Source of the DNA: Anolis carolinensis
Lineage: Eukaryota
DNA length: 64,000 bases
NCBI RefSeq assembly: GCF_035594765.1
Contig: NC_085844.1
Location: 92,767,923-92,831,922 of the forward strand
Reading direction: 5' to 3'
Shown here: piece after piece, positions 11,701 to 27,000 of the stretch
Layout of the letters: the number at the start of each line of letters is the position of its first letter
Numbering within the stretch: the first letter of the stretch is position 1
Position numbers and translations under genes: made by a program
The notes under the pieces: generated by a model
Database searches by the model: none
Seen by the model: the letters and a program-made list of their open reading frames with translations, nothing else
Told to the model about the DNA's origin: nothing

Positions 11701-14700
11701 CTGGAAAGTAAAAAAAAAAAGAAAAAAAGGGGGGGGCTTAATTTACTGACTTGACAACCAAGGCACACCTGAAAAAATATGGGTTACAGAAGGAGAAATT
11801 TATGAATTACACTGATCGACACACCTTTTGGTGCCTCAAATGTTAACCCTGTTTCTGAGTATATTTTACCTGCTGATTCTAAAAATAGCACCAGTTTCCC
11901 CCATCAGTTCTAGTTTTTGAGATTCAGAAGATATGCCACATACCAGTTGCTATTTGCTCACCTACAGAAAGCCATGATATTAATGTCTAAGGAACTGGAG
12001 CTGATCTGGTCTCTCCAAAGCCATTTTCTGAACCCATAACCCCAGGAACAGGCCTAAAAACCAAAACAACACATGCACACACACACACAACATTTTTTGT
12101 TGGACTATGTCATTATTGCTCTTGCTAACTTCCGTTAAGTCAGCTTTGACTTATAAAATTAGAGAGACCTCCGATTCAATCTGTTCTCATCAGCCCTGCT
12201 CAAATCTTGCAGAATCTAGGCTGTGGTTTCTCAGCTGAATCTATCCATCTTCCTCATTTCTTCATGAGTTTTACTTTACCAAGCATTACTGTTTTTTAGT
12301 GAGTCATGCCATCTCATGATATTTTAATCACAGTCTCTGTATAGTCATCTTCGCTTCTAGAACAAATTCAGGCTTGATTTGCTTTAAGACCCATTGATTT
12401 AGGGGTTTGTTTGTTTTTAGCAGTCCACGTTATCCATAGATTTCTCCCCAGCATCATCAATGCAATCATTTCTGATCCACTTGCCAACTGAAAACTATTC
12501 TGTTTCTCCATATCCTGTCCTGACTGTAGTCTTTTGTCCTGAGTATAGATTGAAAAAACATAGGCTGATTTTGTTTTGAAATTGTTTGGTGCACTCCATT
12601 ATCCAACGTATGTGTGCAGTATGATCCCTACTGTCTTTCCTTTCCTGAACCCAGCTTGGTCATATGGCATATGCATACTCCTTAACTGGCATCCTCTTTT
12701 CTTCTAGGATTCTTTTCCTATTTTATTTACTGAACTAACACTGTTACAATAACTATGAGCACTTACATATGATACATCCGATTCCTCCTCTTACCAAACA
12801 GTATCAGATTCCTTTGTTTAATCACTAAGGATCAAACTAGAGAAGATGCCATCCAAACAAATCATAACTGTATAAATGGCTTTTAAAAAGGACATATATA
12901 TGCAGAACCTCTGCTTTAAGTATGACCTAGTGCAGTTGTATCAAAGAAAGCTTTTATTTGAATATCAAAAGCAAGTGGGACCTGGGATTGTGGTGAAGGG
13001 AGAAAGAGATGAAGTTTCCACCTCCCTTATCTTTAAGGAGGCAGCCTACTACAGTAGTTTAAAAAACTATTCACATTTTAGTTAATTGTGTGGATTATGT
13101 CTTGACTACACTTGCTCATTTATTTCATTCCACCCAACAAGCTACTTCCAAACAGAGGAGATTGAGAGCACTCTGATGTCTATGTTCAGTAGCAAAATAT
13201 AGGAAGAAATCCCCTTTCATCTGCTTTTCATTTAAATCTGAGCAAGCCTGTGATTGAGGTCTAATGGAGCTAAGATCCCCTCAGCACTGTTGAGAGTACA
13301 AAACTGAAAGACTCTCCTTTTTAAACTGTGGAATTAATGCAGTTTGTCACTACATTTAACTACCATGGCTTTATTTTATGGATTTCTGGTATTTGCAGCT
13401 CCCATGATTCCATAGCATTGAACCATGGCAAACTACATTAATTCTACAGTGTAGGTACCCCCTTAGATCTGACCAGTAGCTCAGTTGGTACAGTGAGTTG
13501 TTGAGTGAGAGTTCACATGGCTAGACAACTAATATATGACAGAACATGCAAAGTTCTTACATACCTAGCAGTGTTTTCTTTCACTTTAAGCTGCTATAGT
13601 GTTAAAATTTCACATTTACTGCCATGGTTTCATCCAGTGGGATCTTGAAATATGAAATTTAGAAAGTGGTATTTAGAATTCTTACAGGAATTTAACATCC
13701 TACCAAATTATTACGTTTTTTTATGTTGGTTATCCTTTGCAATGTACATGTATTTTATGGTGTTGTATTTTAATTTTGTTCCATTGGGCTTGGTCCCCAT
13801 GTAATCCTCCCCGAGTCCTTTTGAGGAGATGGGGTGGGATATAAGAATAAAGGTGTTGTTGTTGTTGTTAATTTAAGGATTTCAAAGATTGCAGCCATGG
13901 CAGTTTAAGTGGAATCACAATACTATACATTATGATCCCTATACTCATGATTTCATTTATTCATGTCCAACAAAATATGTCATCTCTGGGCATTTTCTAA
14001 GTTCTCCAGCCTGTCTCTATGGTATTTCTGGGCCAGCAGTCATTTCAATAGAATTTACTATTATTTACAGTTTTGCATTTTCACACAAAGTCCAGGAATG
14101 TTTCCTTGTGAAGACATGGGTTGTACTGTAATGATGTAATGTGGAAAAAACCCCTGTACAAGACTTCACATGTACCTAACATAATCAGGATGAATGCAGG
14201 TTTTGAAAACAGTAAACTTCCTATCACATTTTAAAGGAAAGTTGCACCATATGAAACAGAGTGAAGCGGAAAGCCATCAAATCAGTACTTCCTGGGTTCA
14301 TTTATTCAAAACAATCCACCACATTCAGCAGTTCAAAGTCATGCCCTTGAATGCGGGCATATTTCCCTATTCTGAAATAATTGTGATTCCTTTTCTTTTC
14401 TTTTTTTTTCAAAGCTCCTGAGATTCCTACTATTGAACAAGCCTATTCAAAGCTGAGTAACAGTATCACAGCAGAATGGGCATCAGTCCCAGGGGCATCT
14501 AGTTACCTGCTGACAGCACAGGACGGAGAGTCCTTCATTGAAACAATAGTCACTGGTTCACCAGGCACTGTGACAGGGCTGAAGGCTGCTACGCTGTACA
14601 AAATCACCATCCAATCTATAAATGCTGGAGGAAGAAGCCAGCTGTCACTTTCTAAGAAGGCCAAAACAGGTATTTTTTAAATTTTATTTTTGCTACTACA

Positions 14701-17700
14701 TATGCTACAGTTGCAACTGTTTTAACATCCTTCCTCAGTCGATTTAAATTTAACTCCTAATCTTCAAATGGAGAAAGAAATTTATTTCATTAAAGTAATA
14801 ACAGGCATGTTCATCATTTTAGGACTCTTCTTCTGCCCATAGGATATTTTCCTCCTGAACTTTAAATCCCAGAATGTTCCAGGTCAGCATGGCCACGATG
14901 GCAGCCCAAAAGTAAATTATATAAGCTAAGCTCTACTGGAACTTCACATTTTTGGTTGGATCTACATTGCCAAAAAATGCAGTTTGAATTGCAATATATC
15001 AGCCATCCTCAAACTGGGCGCTCCAGCTGTTTGGGCCTCCAACTCCCAAAAGCTCTAGCCATCTTCTTCAATGGTCATGTATTCTGAGAGTTGGAGGCCC
15101 AAACAGCTGGAGGGCCCAGTTTAAGCATCCCTTTATTATATGGCCAAATGGTCCCATATAATGCGCTTCACTGCAATTCAAACTGCATTATATGTCAGTG
15201 TAGATCCAGCCCTAAACACACATGGTCACCACCAAGTGGATCTGAACTGGAATTAACTACCATAGGAATGTGTTGTAGTCAGACAAGTTCAAAGAGGATA
15301 GTAAATTCAAGAAGATGTATAGTATTTTCTAGGACAGTAATTTGGGTGTTTTAGTTTTAGATTTAAACTTCGATCCCCAGAATGATAAGGGATTCTGGGA
15401 GCTGAGTCCAAAACACCGGAAAACCAAAGTTTGCAAAACACTGCTGCAGGATCTCAGGCCCCTTCTACATTGACTGCCATATAATCCAGATACTCCACAT
15501 TATCTGCTTTGAACTGGATTCTATGAGTTACATTGCCATATAATCCAGTTCAAAGCAGATAATCTGGATTTTATATGGCAGTATAGAAAGGGCCTCGGGC
15601 AGTATGCCTCTAAATACCAATTACTTGAGAACATAATCCAGAGGGGGCCTGTTGTTATCATCTGATTTTCCAATAGACATTTGGTTGTAGCAATGTATAT
15701 ATGCATACATCATTCAGAAATATGGACAACTGTTTTTATGCTTGAGCACAAAACACCAAATGAAAAATAATCTCAGTATTGCTAACGCACAACTCGCCTG
15801 AACTTTCCCATGTCCACAGACATAATATCCTATTATTACATGTCTCATTTTTGCACTTTCACAGTACTTGCTGCACCCATCCTGGCAGCAAATTCCCCAA
15901 GTCATGACAGCATAGTAGTGAGCTGGAGAGCTGTATATATGGCTGTTGGGTTCTTCATTTCTATCATGAGAGCAGATGGTTTGGGTGGCATGTTGAAAGA
16001 AAACACTACCAACGACTCCTTGATATTTTCAAGCCTAGACCCAGGAACTCTTTATACCATCAAGGCACATGCTTGGGATGCTAATGGAATACCCGGGGAT
16101 GACTCCACCTACAACCAAAGAACAAGTAAGGAGCAATCTGGAAAGCAAAACAAGGAATATACAGGTCTAAATAAGATCTAAATGAGTGCATCTATTATAG
16201 CCATTTGAGACTAATTTGACTACATGGCTCCATCTTGTGGAATCCGGATATATCCTTTTTGTTTAGTGCCAAACGTAGACTTCTTTAACGCAGTACGTGA
16301 ACAACTGTAGAGTTTTCTACATAGAATCCTACGTATCTCATGAAAGTACATATGACAAGATTCCATAGAATGGAGCCAGCAAAGCTAAAGTGGTTTCAAA
16401 ATAATATAATGTAGTGTGAATACACCCTATGATAAAATGTTCTAATTTACTGCACATTGACTTTAAAGTGAGAAGTGTCTGAATGGCTGCTTTGTTTTAA
16501 ATGTCACTGAGTAGTTAGATAACTAGAGAAATGAAAATATTATGCACCTACATTCTTAAAATCTATCATTAAACCATGTATGCGAAACAAAAAGTAATAC
16601 TAGAAGTATAAACACACACATGTGGTTTGAATTTAAAATGTTGTTCAGCCACATTTCTACTCATTTCCTTTTGATATGTCTTTTTTCCTTCCATTATAGG
16701 ACCTCGTGCACCAGGAGATGTCCAAGTGGTTTTTGACAGCGGAGCTTTGAGAGCAACTGTTTCTTGCATGCCATCCGAGGGGGCTTCCAGATACGCCATT
16801 GCAGCCTTCAGTGCCCTCTCCAAACTCAACTGTAATACAACATTCACTTCTTGCACTATCCTGTCACTTGAATGTGGGACGGAATATTTCCTGTCTGTGG
16901 TAGCTAGTAATGAAGCTGGCTCCAGCTTGCCCACAGACACAATGGCTTTCAAAACAGGTAAAAGCTCTATTAAATGAACAATGTGAAGAAGCACAGGCGT
17001 TTGAATTTTGCCAACTAATTATAATAGGGGACATAAATTGTAAAACAAATATTAATGTAGAATGAAAAATAAAGTAAATGATAGATATGGGATTTGTAAA
17101 ATAATACTAAGAGGCTGCATCTGGTGCTTTAATGAAAACCCAATGATATTGGGATATGGCCATACCTCTAACATCACCCAAACAGTGGAAGGTACAGGAA
17201 TAATAGTGGTGGAAGTACTACCATTTAAGTTTCTCACTTCTGACTTTAATGTGAAGATATAAATTGCCAAAATACTTTGAAGTCACCAGATGCCATCTAA
17301 TTTTTGACATTAAGCATGATCAGACCTGTTTACTACTTGAATGGGATAATATCAAGGAATACTAAGCCTATATTTCAGATGAAAGAGTTTGCAAACCTCC
17401 TCTGAGTGTTACATGCCTTAGATAACCCTATGAAATTAATGGGGTCCTCATAATCAGTGCTGACCATGCTTAGCTTACATACTTATATTTAAACGCCCTT
17501 AGACAAATATCTGTGCTTATGAACAATGCTGTTGTATTCACTGGCACTGCTGTCTCTGGAAGACATTGATGCATCTTCAGTACAAATGGATGGCCAATTC
17601 TCTCACACCAGAAGCAACTGATGTGAAAAAAAGCACAAATGGACTCAGTGAGATCAGCTATCCTACAGAAGCACAGCAAATCCACAAAAATACATCAATA

Positions 17701-20700
17701 TCTTGTTGCTTGGAATTTTAAAATATTGGAATACGCAGAGCTTGGAAATGACTCACTGAACAAGCTACATACTTACAATTAAATTATTTTTCTTAAAAAA
17801 ATAACCAAAGGCATTAACAATCTACATTATAATCATAAATGGCCAGTAATGATTGCACTCATTTTGCCTTGTAACTTCTTATATCAGTTTATAGGTACGG
17901 GGAAGGATGCCTTGCCCAATGGTGGATGGGGAAATCAGATGAGACTGCTTGTTACTGCCTCTTCTTTGGATGCTGATGTGACAATGTGGATGTCATAGGC
18001 CAGCAAAACATTAAAAATAAAACACTAAAAAATGACTATAGTAAAGGCTAAAAGAAACTATTTTCTTATTATACTGAAATATGTTATTTTAAAAAATTAT
18101 TCAGCAGGAACCAGTCACGGGTGGGGGCAGAGCTCAGAATAACTTTACTGCATTATATTTAGAAAGTAATTTCCCAAACTTTGGAAAAAAATTTTTTGCT
18201 GAAAAACTGTCTTTGCAGTCCCTTGTGCTCCAGAAAGTATAACAATTGAAGAAGATGAGCCTGGAAGCCTAGAAGTCTCCTGGTCAGATGTTGACCTCAG
18301 TGATTACTATGTGGTCTTTGTGAAAAGTGATGATGGCTTGGAGGTGCACTGCAACACATCACATACCCAGTGCCACTTCCAATCTGACTGTGGTTTCACC
18401 TATTTCATTAGTGTCTTTGCCTACAACAAGGCAGGGCAGAGCCCCTTAGGGGACATATTTAACTATACTACAGGTAAGAATATTTATTTAATCACAATCA
18501 TTTGGTTGATCTATGCTAGAATTAGACAAAATTGGTTATCAACTTCCAAAATAAGGCCCGTAGGCCAGATGTGGCCCACCCTAAACTTTAGATTGAGGGT
18601 CACCCTAAGACTGAAATGACTTGAAGGCATACAATAATAATCCTAATTAACTTGACTATCTCATCAGCCAAAGGCTGCCCCCCATTTACAATTGAAACAC
18701 TGATAAGTGTATGTTGGTTAAAATTGTTATTTCAAATATTCTATTGCTCTTTTGTGGTTTTTTTGCACTACAAATAAGATATGTGCAGTGTGCACAGGAA
18801 TTTGTTCATGCTTTTTTCAAACTATAGTCCTGGCCCCCCAACAATCTGAAGGAGTGTGAACTGTTCCTCTGCTTAATAAGATTCCTGCTGTACATAATAA
18901 AATAGGTATACAAGAGATCTCATGATCTAAGAAGAGCTCCAGCTGCACTTGGAAGCCAAGGAGAAGAAATAAAGTTAGCAATTAGAAATGATGTCCTGTT
19001 ATTACATAATCCCTTGCTACGTTGACATCTGTAATAGGGTCATCTGTATAGGTAGTGAGGAAGTGCTGCTAAGAGCTGATCAAGAGATTCTTTGCCCTGT
19101 TAAACTGTTATAAAAGTCCCCAGAGAAAGGATCCTAGTGCCCACTGCCCAGCGCTTTTAGAGAAATGCATAAGGGAGCATTTATTCTGATAATACTCTCC
19201 AATATCTCATAATAAACTCTTTCCTTTTTCTCCCCCTAGCACCTTGCTGCCCCAGTGATTTTAACCCAGTGTTTGTGTCAAGCGACACAATTCAAATTGT
19301 CTGGCCTCCTGTCCGTGGTGCTGAAATGTACGAAACCAAAGCTGTTGACTGGACGAATGAACTCTTGTGCAATGACACTGCCACAATATGCACCTTGTCT
19401 GCGCTGCAGTGCAACACTCAATACAATATAACTGTCTATTCTTTCAGTGAAATCCGAGGCAGCAACACATCATGTGCATCAAAACCTGTGGCAACTGGTA
19501 TGACTTTAGTTTAAAGTCCATTGAGCAATTTTCCCTAATACAGAATCTAATACAGCACACATGAGCTCCCAATGTTTTCCTAATATGGAACCTGTCTTGT
19601 TTTCCTAATGTTTCTTGGAAGTTGATACTTTTCCCCAAAGATAAATTACTACTATCTTAGTATGTTGGAAATATCGAAGCAGCAGATTTTACAGCAAATA
19701 AGAACCAATCCAAAGAAAATTATGCACATTTACTGCCTAACAGCTTTTCTATATGGTGATTGACCCGATGCTGTTACTGATCTGGAGCAGTTCAGACAGA
19801 TTGACGACTACGGTGCTCTTCTATTTTAAAACATTTTTGCGTAGGATTTTTTTTTTTTACTAGATGTCCCCCTGACAGGGAGTGTCTTAAGGGTGGTCAT
19901 AGCAAGGATCATGGGCTCATTATGTTTGGTACAGCATTTTCTCTTCTTTTCAAAACCATTTTAGGCTGTAGGTTGCTGGCCAGGAATTTATCTGGTTATA
20001 GCTTCTCACTGGTGTTACTTTAAAAGATGGCAGAGATCTGGCATCAGATGATGCATGTATATCATGAAGCAGTGCAGCCACTCCCCATAACATTCCCATA
20101 TTATCAGAGAATGAATGTCGTGATGCATCCATCTGTTTTTCCAGGTGATGATTGGAAGAAAATAACCTGATGTGTCACTGCTCACCACTCTTGCTCGTTG
20201 ACAACATAGAAGTGCCCATATTGTTGCTTACAACTGAGGGTTTTTTGAGATTTAGACCGTTGCATGGTTGAAACAAAACTCTGACCTACACAATGAACAT
20301 AACAGGGAGTTCTGATGGCACAAGTCCAACTGACAGAATTCACAAACAGGATATTAGCCTACGCCTTTTCATTGTGCAACAGGATGGTACTTATTTCTGA
20401 AGTAAATTGGTTTTTTGTACAATACTAATAGAAACAAATTCGTTTATTCCTGAACTTGTTCATGACATTTATTCCATTTACTTTTAAAAAATTAAGTTTG
20501 ACAGTGAGTTCCAAACCCGCATTGTGCTAAGTACACTAACAGAGGACTTTCTCTGCTGTAATTTCTCCCACAGCTCTTTTCAAAACCCAAATATTTACAA
20601 GACCTCAAAATGTTGAGGGCATTTGGGGGGGGGGGGGGGGTAGGAATTATTTTCTCTTCCAATGAAAGAATTTTTTCAAAGACTATCACTGTTGGACTAT

Positions 20701-23700
20701 AGTTCATTTTGGTTTAATTACTTGCACGTTTCAGGAATATAAAATATGTGAACATAAATTTAAAAAGCAGCATACTTAATAACTGAAGCAATACCCATGG
20801 GTTCCTCAGACCCGTATGCCCAGGGTCTAAAATTCCTGTACATTCTTACTTGTAATTTAAATATCACTGAGCCCACTTATGAATAAAACTTGTACTTGAA
20901 ATTGTTATGTTTCCATATTTTGGAAGGACCTAGAATGGATGCTGTATAAATATAGGCATATTGCAGTTAATTGTGAAATAGGCACTGTATAAAGTATGTT
21001 AGGGTTTTTAAAAAATGATTCTAATAGTCTTCAGTAACATTTGTAGAATGGGGAATCTTAACAGGGAGTCATCTCAGACACAGAATGTCATAATGTTCTG
21101 TTGCTGGTCTATTAACACAATAGAAACATCAAAACTAAGTGTACCATTAAAATGTACCTTATTTATTTCAGCTCCATGTCGTCCAGAAATCCTAAGTGTA
21201 TCTAAGGATGCCATTTCGGTAATTAGTGTATACTGGCATGCCAATAATGATGAAGCGGCATATACAGTCACTGCAAAAGGAGCAGCAGGAAAATGGCACT
21301 GTGAAAGCTCTGGAAGTTCATGTACTATTCGTAATCTCCCGTGTGGGTCTTCATTTTCTGTCAGTGTTGTAGCAAGGACAGAAGCAGGGCAGAGCTTGCC
21401 CAGTTACAGTGTCCCCTTAGAAACTGGTAAGTTGCAAATTATTAGATGCTGTTCAACATTTAGGTATCACTCCCATTTAATCACAGAATCATAGTTGGAA
21501 GAGACCTTATGGGCCATCCAGTCCAACCCCTGCCAAGCAGGAAAATGGCATTCAAAGCACCCCCAACAGATGGCCATCCAGTCTCTATTTAAAAGCCTCC
21601 AAAGGAGCCTCCACCACACAGAGTTCCACTGCTGAACAGCTCTCACAGTGAAGAAATTCTTCCTAATGTTCAGGTGGAATCTCCTTTCCTTTAGTTTAAA
21701 GCCGTTGTTCTGTGTCCTAGTCTCCAGGGAAGCAGAAAACAAGCTTGCTCCCTCCTCCCAGTACAACCCTCATATCTGTAGGGTATACATTTAACTGTGA
21801 ACCCTACAGAAACTAATGATTTCCGGCATAAGCACATACTAGGGAATCATATTGGAGGACCTAAAAATACTTTGCGAGAACACCTCTAGATTTTCCAGTT
21901 CAAATTTATGGTAAACTTCCAATGAGAGCATTGCGTGGAATCATGCTGGAGGATCTAGAAAATGCCGAGAACCTTTGGAATGAAATCATGGGTACCAGTC
22001 CCACAGACAGGGGAACACGCTATCTTTATTTTTGCCTATGATACTATTTTTATTTATTCTTTGTCCTGCATTTCTTCCAAGACAGGCAGTTCACAATAGG
22101 TACCGTTCTATAAGGAAGTTATTTGGGGAAGGGGGCATTTACAAATAACAATATACACAAGTAAGATTGTTACAAGTCTCAAGTTACTAATTTTTAAAAT
22201 GTCTGGGAGAAATGTCTTTGCTTAGTTCCAAACAGGTATAAGTATAAAATTAATGTTTTGGGAGCAAGCATTCCAAAAACATGGCCACAACTGGAATACC
22301 TTCTCATGGGCATCGAAAAGGTGGCTTATGGTAATGAACAAAATGGTGTGTATTGGTGCCCCCATCCTCCCTATTTGTTGGCTGGATAGAGTTGAAAATC
22401 CTGTCATATCACATCAGCAATGAAAAGGAAAACATCAGTCTTTCCCAGGAACTGTTTTAGAAAATGGAACTTTTAGTTTCCAATATACCAAAGGAATTCA
22501 TACTGTGATTTGGTAAATACGGCACATATTTACTTGTATGAAAGACAGCTAAAGTGCTAGCTGATTGATTCAGTTAGAGAGAACTGAACCACTAGGAAAC
22601 TGGACTGGGCCAAGCGACAAGAACAGAATATTGTAGATATCTCATCATATTTGTAACTTCATTTAAAAAATAGTACTGGTAATTAAAATCGGATGTTGTT
22701 CTTAGCTTGTAAATGCTGAATCTAAGTTAAACCTCAGCACATTTTACTTCTTTTACAAGACTAGCTGTTCCCCTTGATGATTTTAGGTGGTCATCTATAG
22801 GACACAGTATATTTCGGGAGATAAAATGAGAATGGCAAATATTACATAAATTATTGGTAGTCAGTGCAAAATTATGTATGAATGAAAGTCTGATGTTTCT
22901 TTTAGGTGTTGAAAAATCATTCAAATATTTCTGCTAACATGCTAAAATATTTTAAGAAGGGAGATCTTTATCGTCTGAAAAACGAAACAGAAAGAACCAT
23001 ATTTTTCTTCTTTTCAGCTCCTTGCTGCCCAGCTGATCTTACAGTAACCCAAGTGACACAGTCTGTAACAAACATCAGTTGGTCTTCTGGGATTGGTGCA
23101 ACAACACACATAACAACTTTGGAAACACACACAGGATTTGCCAGGTGCCACACGCTCCAGAGGTACTGCCTCCTGGGATGCATTACGTGTGGAACCAACT
23201 ACAGCGTGTCTGTCCAAGCAATTAGTGAAACAGGTTTAATATCAAATTGCACATATGGAGGATTTTCATCAAGTAAGTACATGGAAAACAGCTTTAAAAT
23301 AAAAGTAAATGTACAGTATTTCTCCAAAGTGTTCATTTTTTGAAATTTATATTTATTGTACTCGAGTCTAAAGCCCTTAAGTTGAATTAAGCTAAAACAA
23401 GAATTTCTAACCATTGTCCACCCCCACCCCCAAATATCCCTTACAAGCATTTGGAATTGCCAGAGTTAGACAGAGCAAATTGAAGTACCTGTATTCTACT
23501 TCCTAATCCCAGTTCCAGGTGCTCAAACTCCTCTGGAAAATATTTGGATAGTGAGGCGGGAGCATTCAATGGGATTATTTCTCTCAATCATTCTCTCGAT
23601 CTGAGCATCTGTGTTTCATGAGCTGATAAATAGAAGTTGTATTCAACAAATTACAATTAAAAAATTGTACTATTTACCGTATATACTTCAGTATAAGCCG

Positions 23701-23966
23701 ACCCGAATATAAGCCGAGGCACCTAATTTTACCACAAAAAACTGGGATAACTTATTGACTCGAGTATAAGCCGAGGGTGGGAAATGCAGCAGCTATGGGT
23801 AAATTTCAAAATAAAAATAGATACCAATATAATTTCATTTTGTTAATCGAGGCATCAGTAGGTTAAATATTTTTGTATATTTACCGTATTTCAAAGAAAA
23901 ACAATAAACTAGCTCTATAAGTGGAAAAGTAGGGGCAACAAAAACAATATGGTATCAACAATAATC

Positions 23967-24012
<46 letters not shown>

Positions 24013-27000
24013 CTTCATTTGGATCCCACCCTATCTCCCCATGGGGACTCAGGCCGGCTTCCAACATAGTAACAGGCAAACATTCAATGCTTATATAAAT
24101 AATGCAGAGCTAGATATAGATCTATAATTATAGATACTAATTTCACATATGCATTTCCCCCTGAAACGTTTGCAAATCCCTGTGTGTGTGCATTTCCCCT
24201 ACAATATTTGCAAGCCATATATCTATCTAGACATGTCTATATATATTTGTGTGTTCATTTCCCCCCTGTAATATTTGCAAGCCCTATATATAGGTAGGTA
24301 AGAATATATTCATATCTATCCAGACATCTCTTTATATAGATATTTGCAGATACACAGGTACATGGATCTATATGTATAAAGGATTTGCAAAGACCTGCAA
24401 ACATGTGAGGGCAAATTCATATATAAAACTAATGTATATATATACACATATAAAGGTACATAGAGATGGCAAAAGCTTGCAAAAGAAAACACACTGGTAG
24501 GGAGAAGAAATAGATCACATATTGCAAGCAATAGCCTGCTGGCTCTGTTTCTGGCCTTGACCCTGACCCGATTATAAATGGAGGAGGCTTTTTCAGCTCA
24601 TAAATAAGGGCTGAAAAACTTGGCTTATCTTCGAGTATATACGGTAATCTATGGCTCCTAGGTTTTTAAGGCAAGCTAAAATTGGAGCATTTTAAGTAGA
24701 GACTCATTGATCAAAATCTAGCCATACATTTACTCCAATGTAAACTATCTATAAACAAATCTTGCCAACAGAATTCTGTGAGATACACTTTAGAATCATC
24801 ATGAAGTCAGATATGGCCTAAAGGCACACAACAAACTACAGCAGGGGTGCACAAGAGTGGCCCTCCACATACATTGGACTACAGTTCCGACCATCCCTCA
24901 TATCATTGATTTTGAAAGGAAAGGCTGATAGAATGTGTAGGTAATAAACATCTGAAGGAGCACAGCTGTAATACTGCTTCTGAATGTCCAAGATTAGCTC
25001 TTCAGACAGAGATAGGAAGCTGAAACTTAACCCAGATACCAAGACCTATTAAATAACCTCAACACTGTTGTAGAACCTTATTCATGTATTTAATTCATTC
25101 CTTATTCATGTATTCTTTTTACTGGGTCGCTTCAGCTACCTCTATGATTATAGAGACCTTTAAATGCTCATGACTGTGGATTATTGTGTTCCTCCAAGTG
25201 GTTTCCAACTTGTAGCAACCCTGTAATTGAGTTTTCTTGGCAAGGTATTTTCAGGGGGTTGCCATTATTTTCCTCTGATGTCATGTGTGATTTGCCCAGG
25301 CACCCAGAAAATCTCCAAGCAGTGATTCAAACTATCATCTGTGAGTTCTAGTCCAACACTTAAAAGAACATTGGTTCTTTGTTGTCTGTGAGCTGAGAAA
25401 ACTCACCATTTCTTAGATAGCTGCTCTAACAGCATAACAAAGAAAGCTCATGTCATCAAGATCACTCGAATTGACCTTATACTGGCTAGGTGCTCTCTAT
25501 GCAGAATGGGATACAGCAAAGCTGCATTTTTCCTTCCCAGGTGCTTGCTGTCCTTCTGGGGTACAACTATACAGACTGGGCAACAATGGCATACGAATAC
25601 ATTGGCATACCTCTGAAGGCTCAATAAACTATAGCACTGCTCTTTATGGTTCAAAAGGCAATTTCACCTGTACGCCTAACACAGACCTGACCTACTGCGA
25701 TATCACTGAGATACCTTGTGGAGATGTCTATACAGTTGTGGTGTCACCAGTAACTGATGAAGGATCAAGAGTTGCATTTTGTCCTAAGAAGATATATTCA
25801 GGTAAAGGCCATGTTGTAAGCCGCCTTGGGTCTAACTGGAGAAAGGTGGCCGGGAGGGGGGGGGGGGATGCCTTAATAAATGGAGAATCTGATGGAAATG
25901 GAAAATTTGTGTGAAGCTGAGCAATGTAGAGTGGAAAACAGTAACGTAGCAACTTTTTAGGCTACTGTTCCTCACTGAGGGCCACCTAAAATGAATTATT
26001 ATATAGATGTTGCCAAAAATGCCTTCCACTTGCTGTATCTTATGCCATTCCTATGCCACTGTGAACTATTTTTGGTGATGGCTACATTGTGAGCCATATA
26101 AAAGAAATAAATTGCAATCCCTAAATGCCTATTCTGTTATATTTATTAGTTTACTATATGCTGCAAAAGTATGTGGACATTTTCATGAATATGAACTGTA
26201 TAAAGCAGCAAAATGTTTATTATACGGCTGCATTTATTGCTCAAGCAAGTGATTCCTACAACACAAGACAAGTGGAATTCAAGACATAGCCTTGTCAGTC
26301 TGGAATATCAGCATGCAAAGGGATCATGTAGCACCTTAAGAGACTGAGAAAAGGAACTTTCTCTGCATAGTGATTTTGTGGGTGGATGGTTGGTTAATAT
26401 CTTCAGTAGTCTAGTAATGCTAAGGTCCAACATCTGCCTATGAAGATACATCTGAATATAGTTTCTGATTTTGTTTACAACTAGTACAAATCACAGAATT
26501 GCTATGGTTGTAGGTCCATCTATTTTTAAACTCACGTTTTTGAGCCAGCACTTTTAAATTTTAGCAATTTGCATTTAAACACTGGTTTCAGTGTTCAAAA
26601 CTACCTATCCAGAACCATTACTTATTTTTTAAAATAATGATCTCTCTATATAAATATTTCCTGAATAAACAATATTCCAAACTTCCAACTTTTAAATACT
26701 CATCATTGCATGTTCATTTTCTAGTGACCTGTTCTGGAAGTTCAGTAGGAATGGGTAAGTAAACTTGGATAAGTGTCTTTCTAAATAAGTTATATTCTAA
26801 GATAACGCCTCTTTTAAACAATCACTTAGGCATTTATAATAAGAAAATTCAAATTTTACCAAGATACTTTACGATTTTGTAAAAAAAAAAGTGTATCACT
26901 ATCAAGGTGCTTATTACCATCTTACACAAAGCCCAATAAAAGCTACACAAATTAAATAACTGTAATCTATTCTCCTAGACATCTTGACAGCCCCATGATG

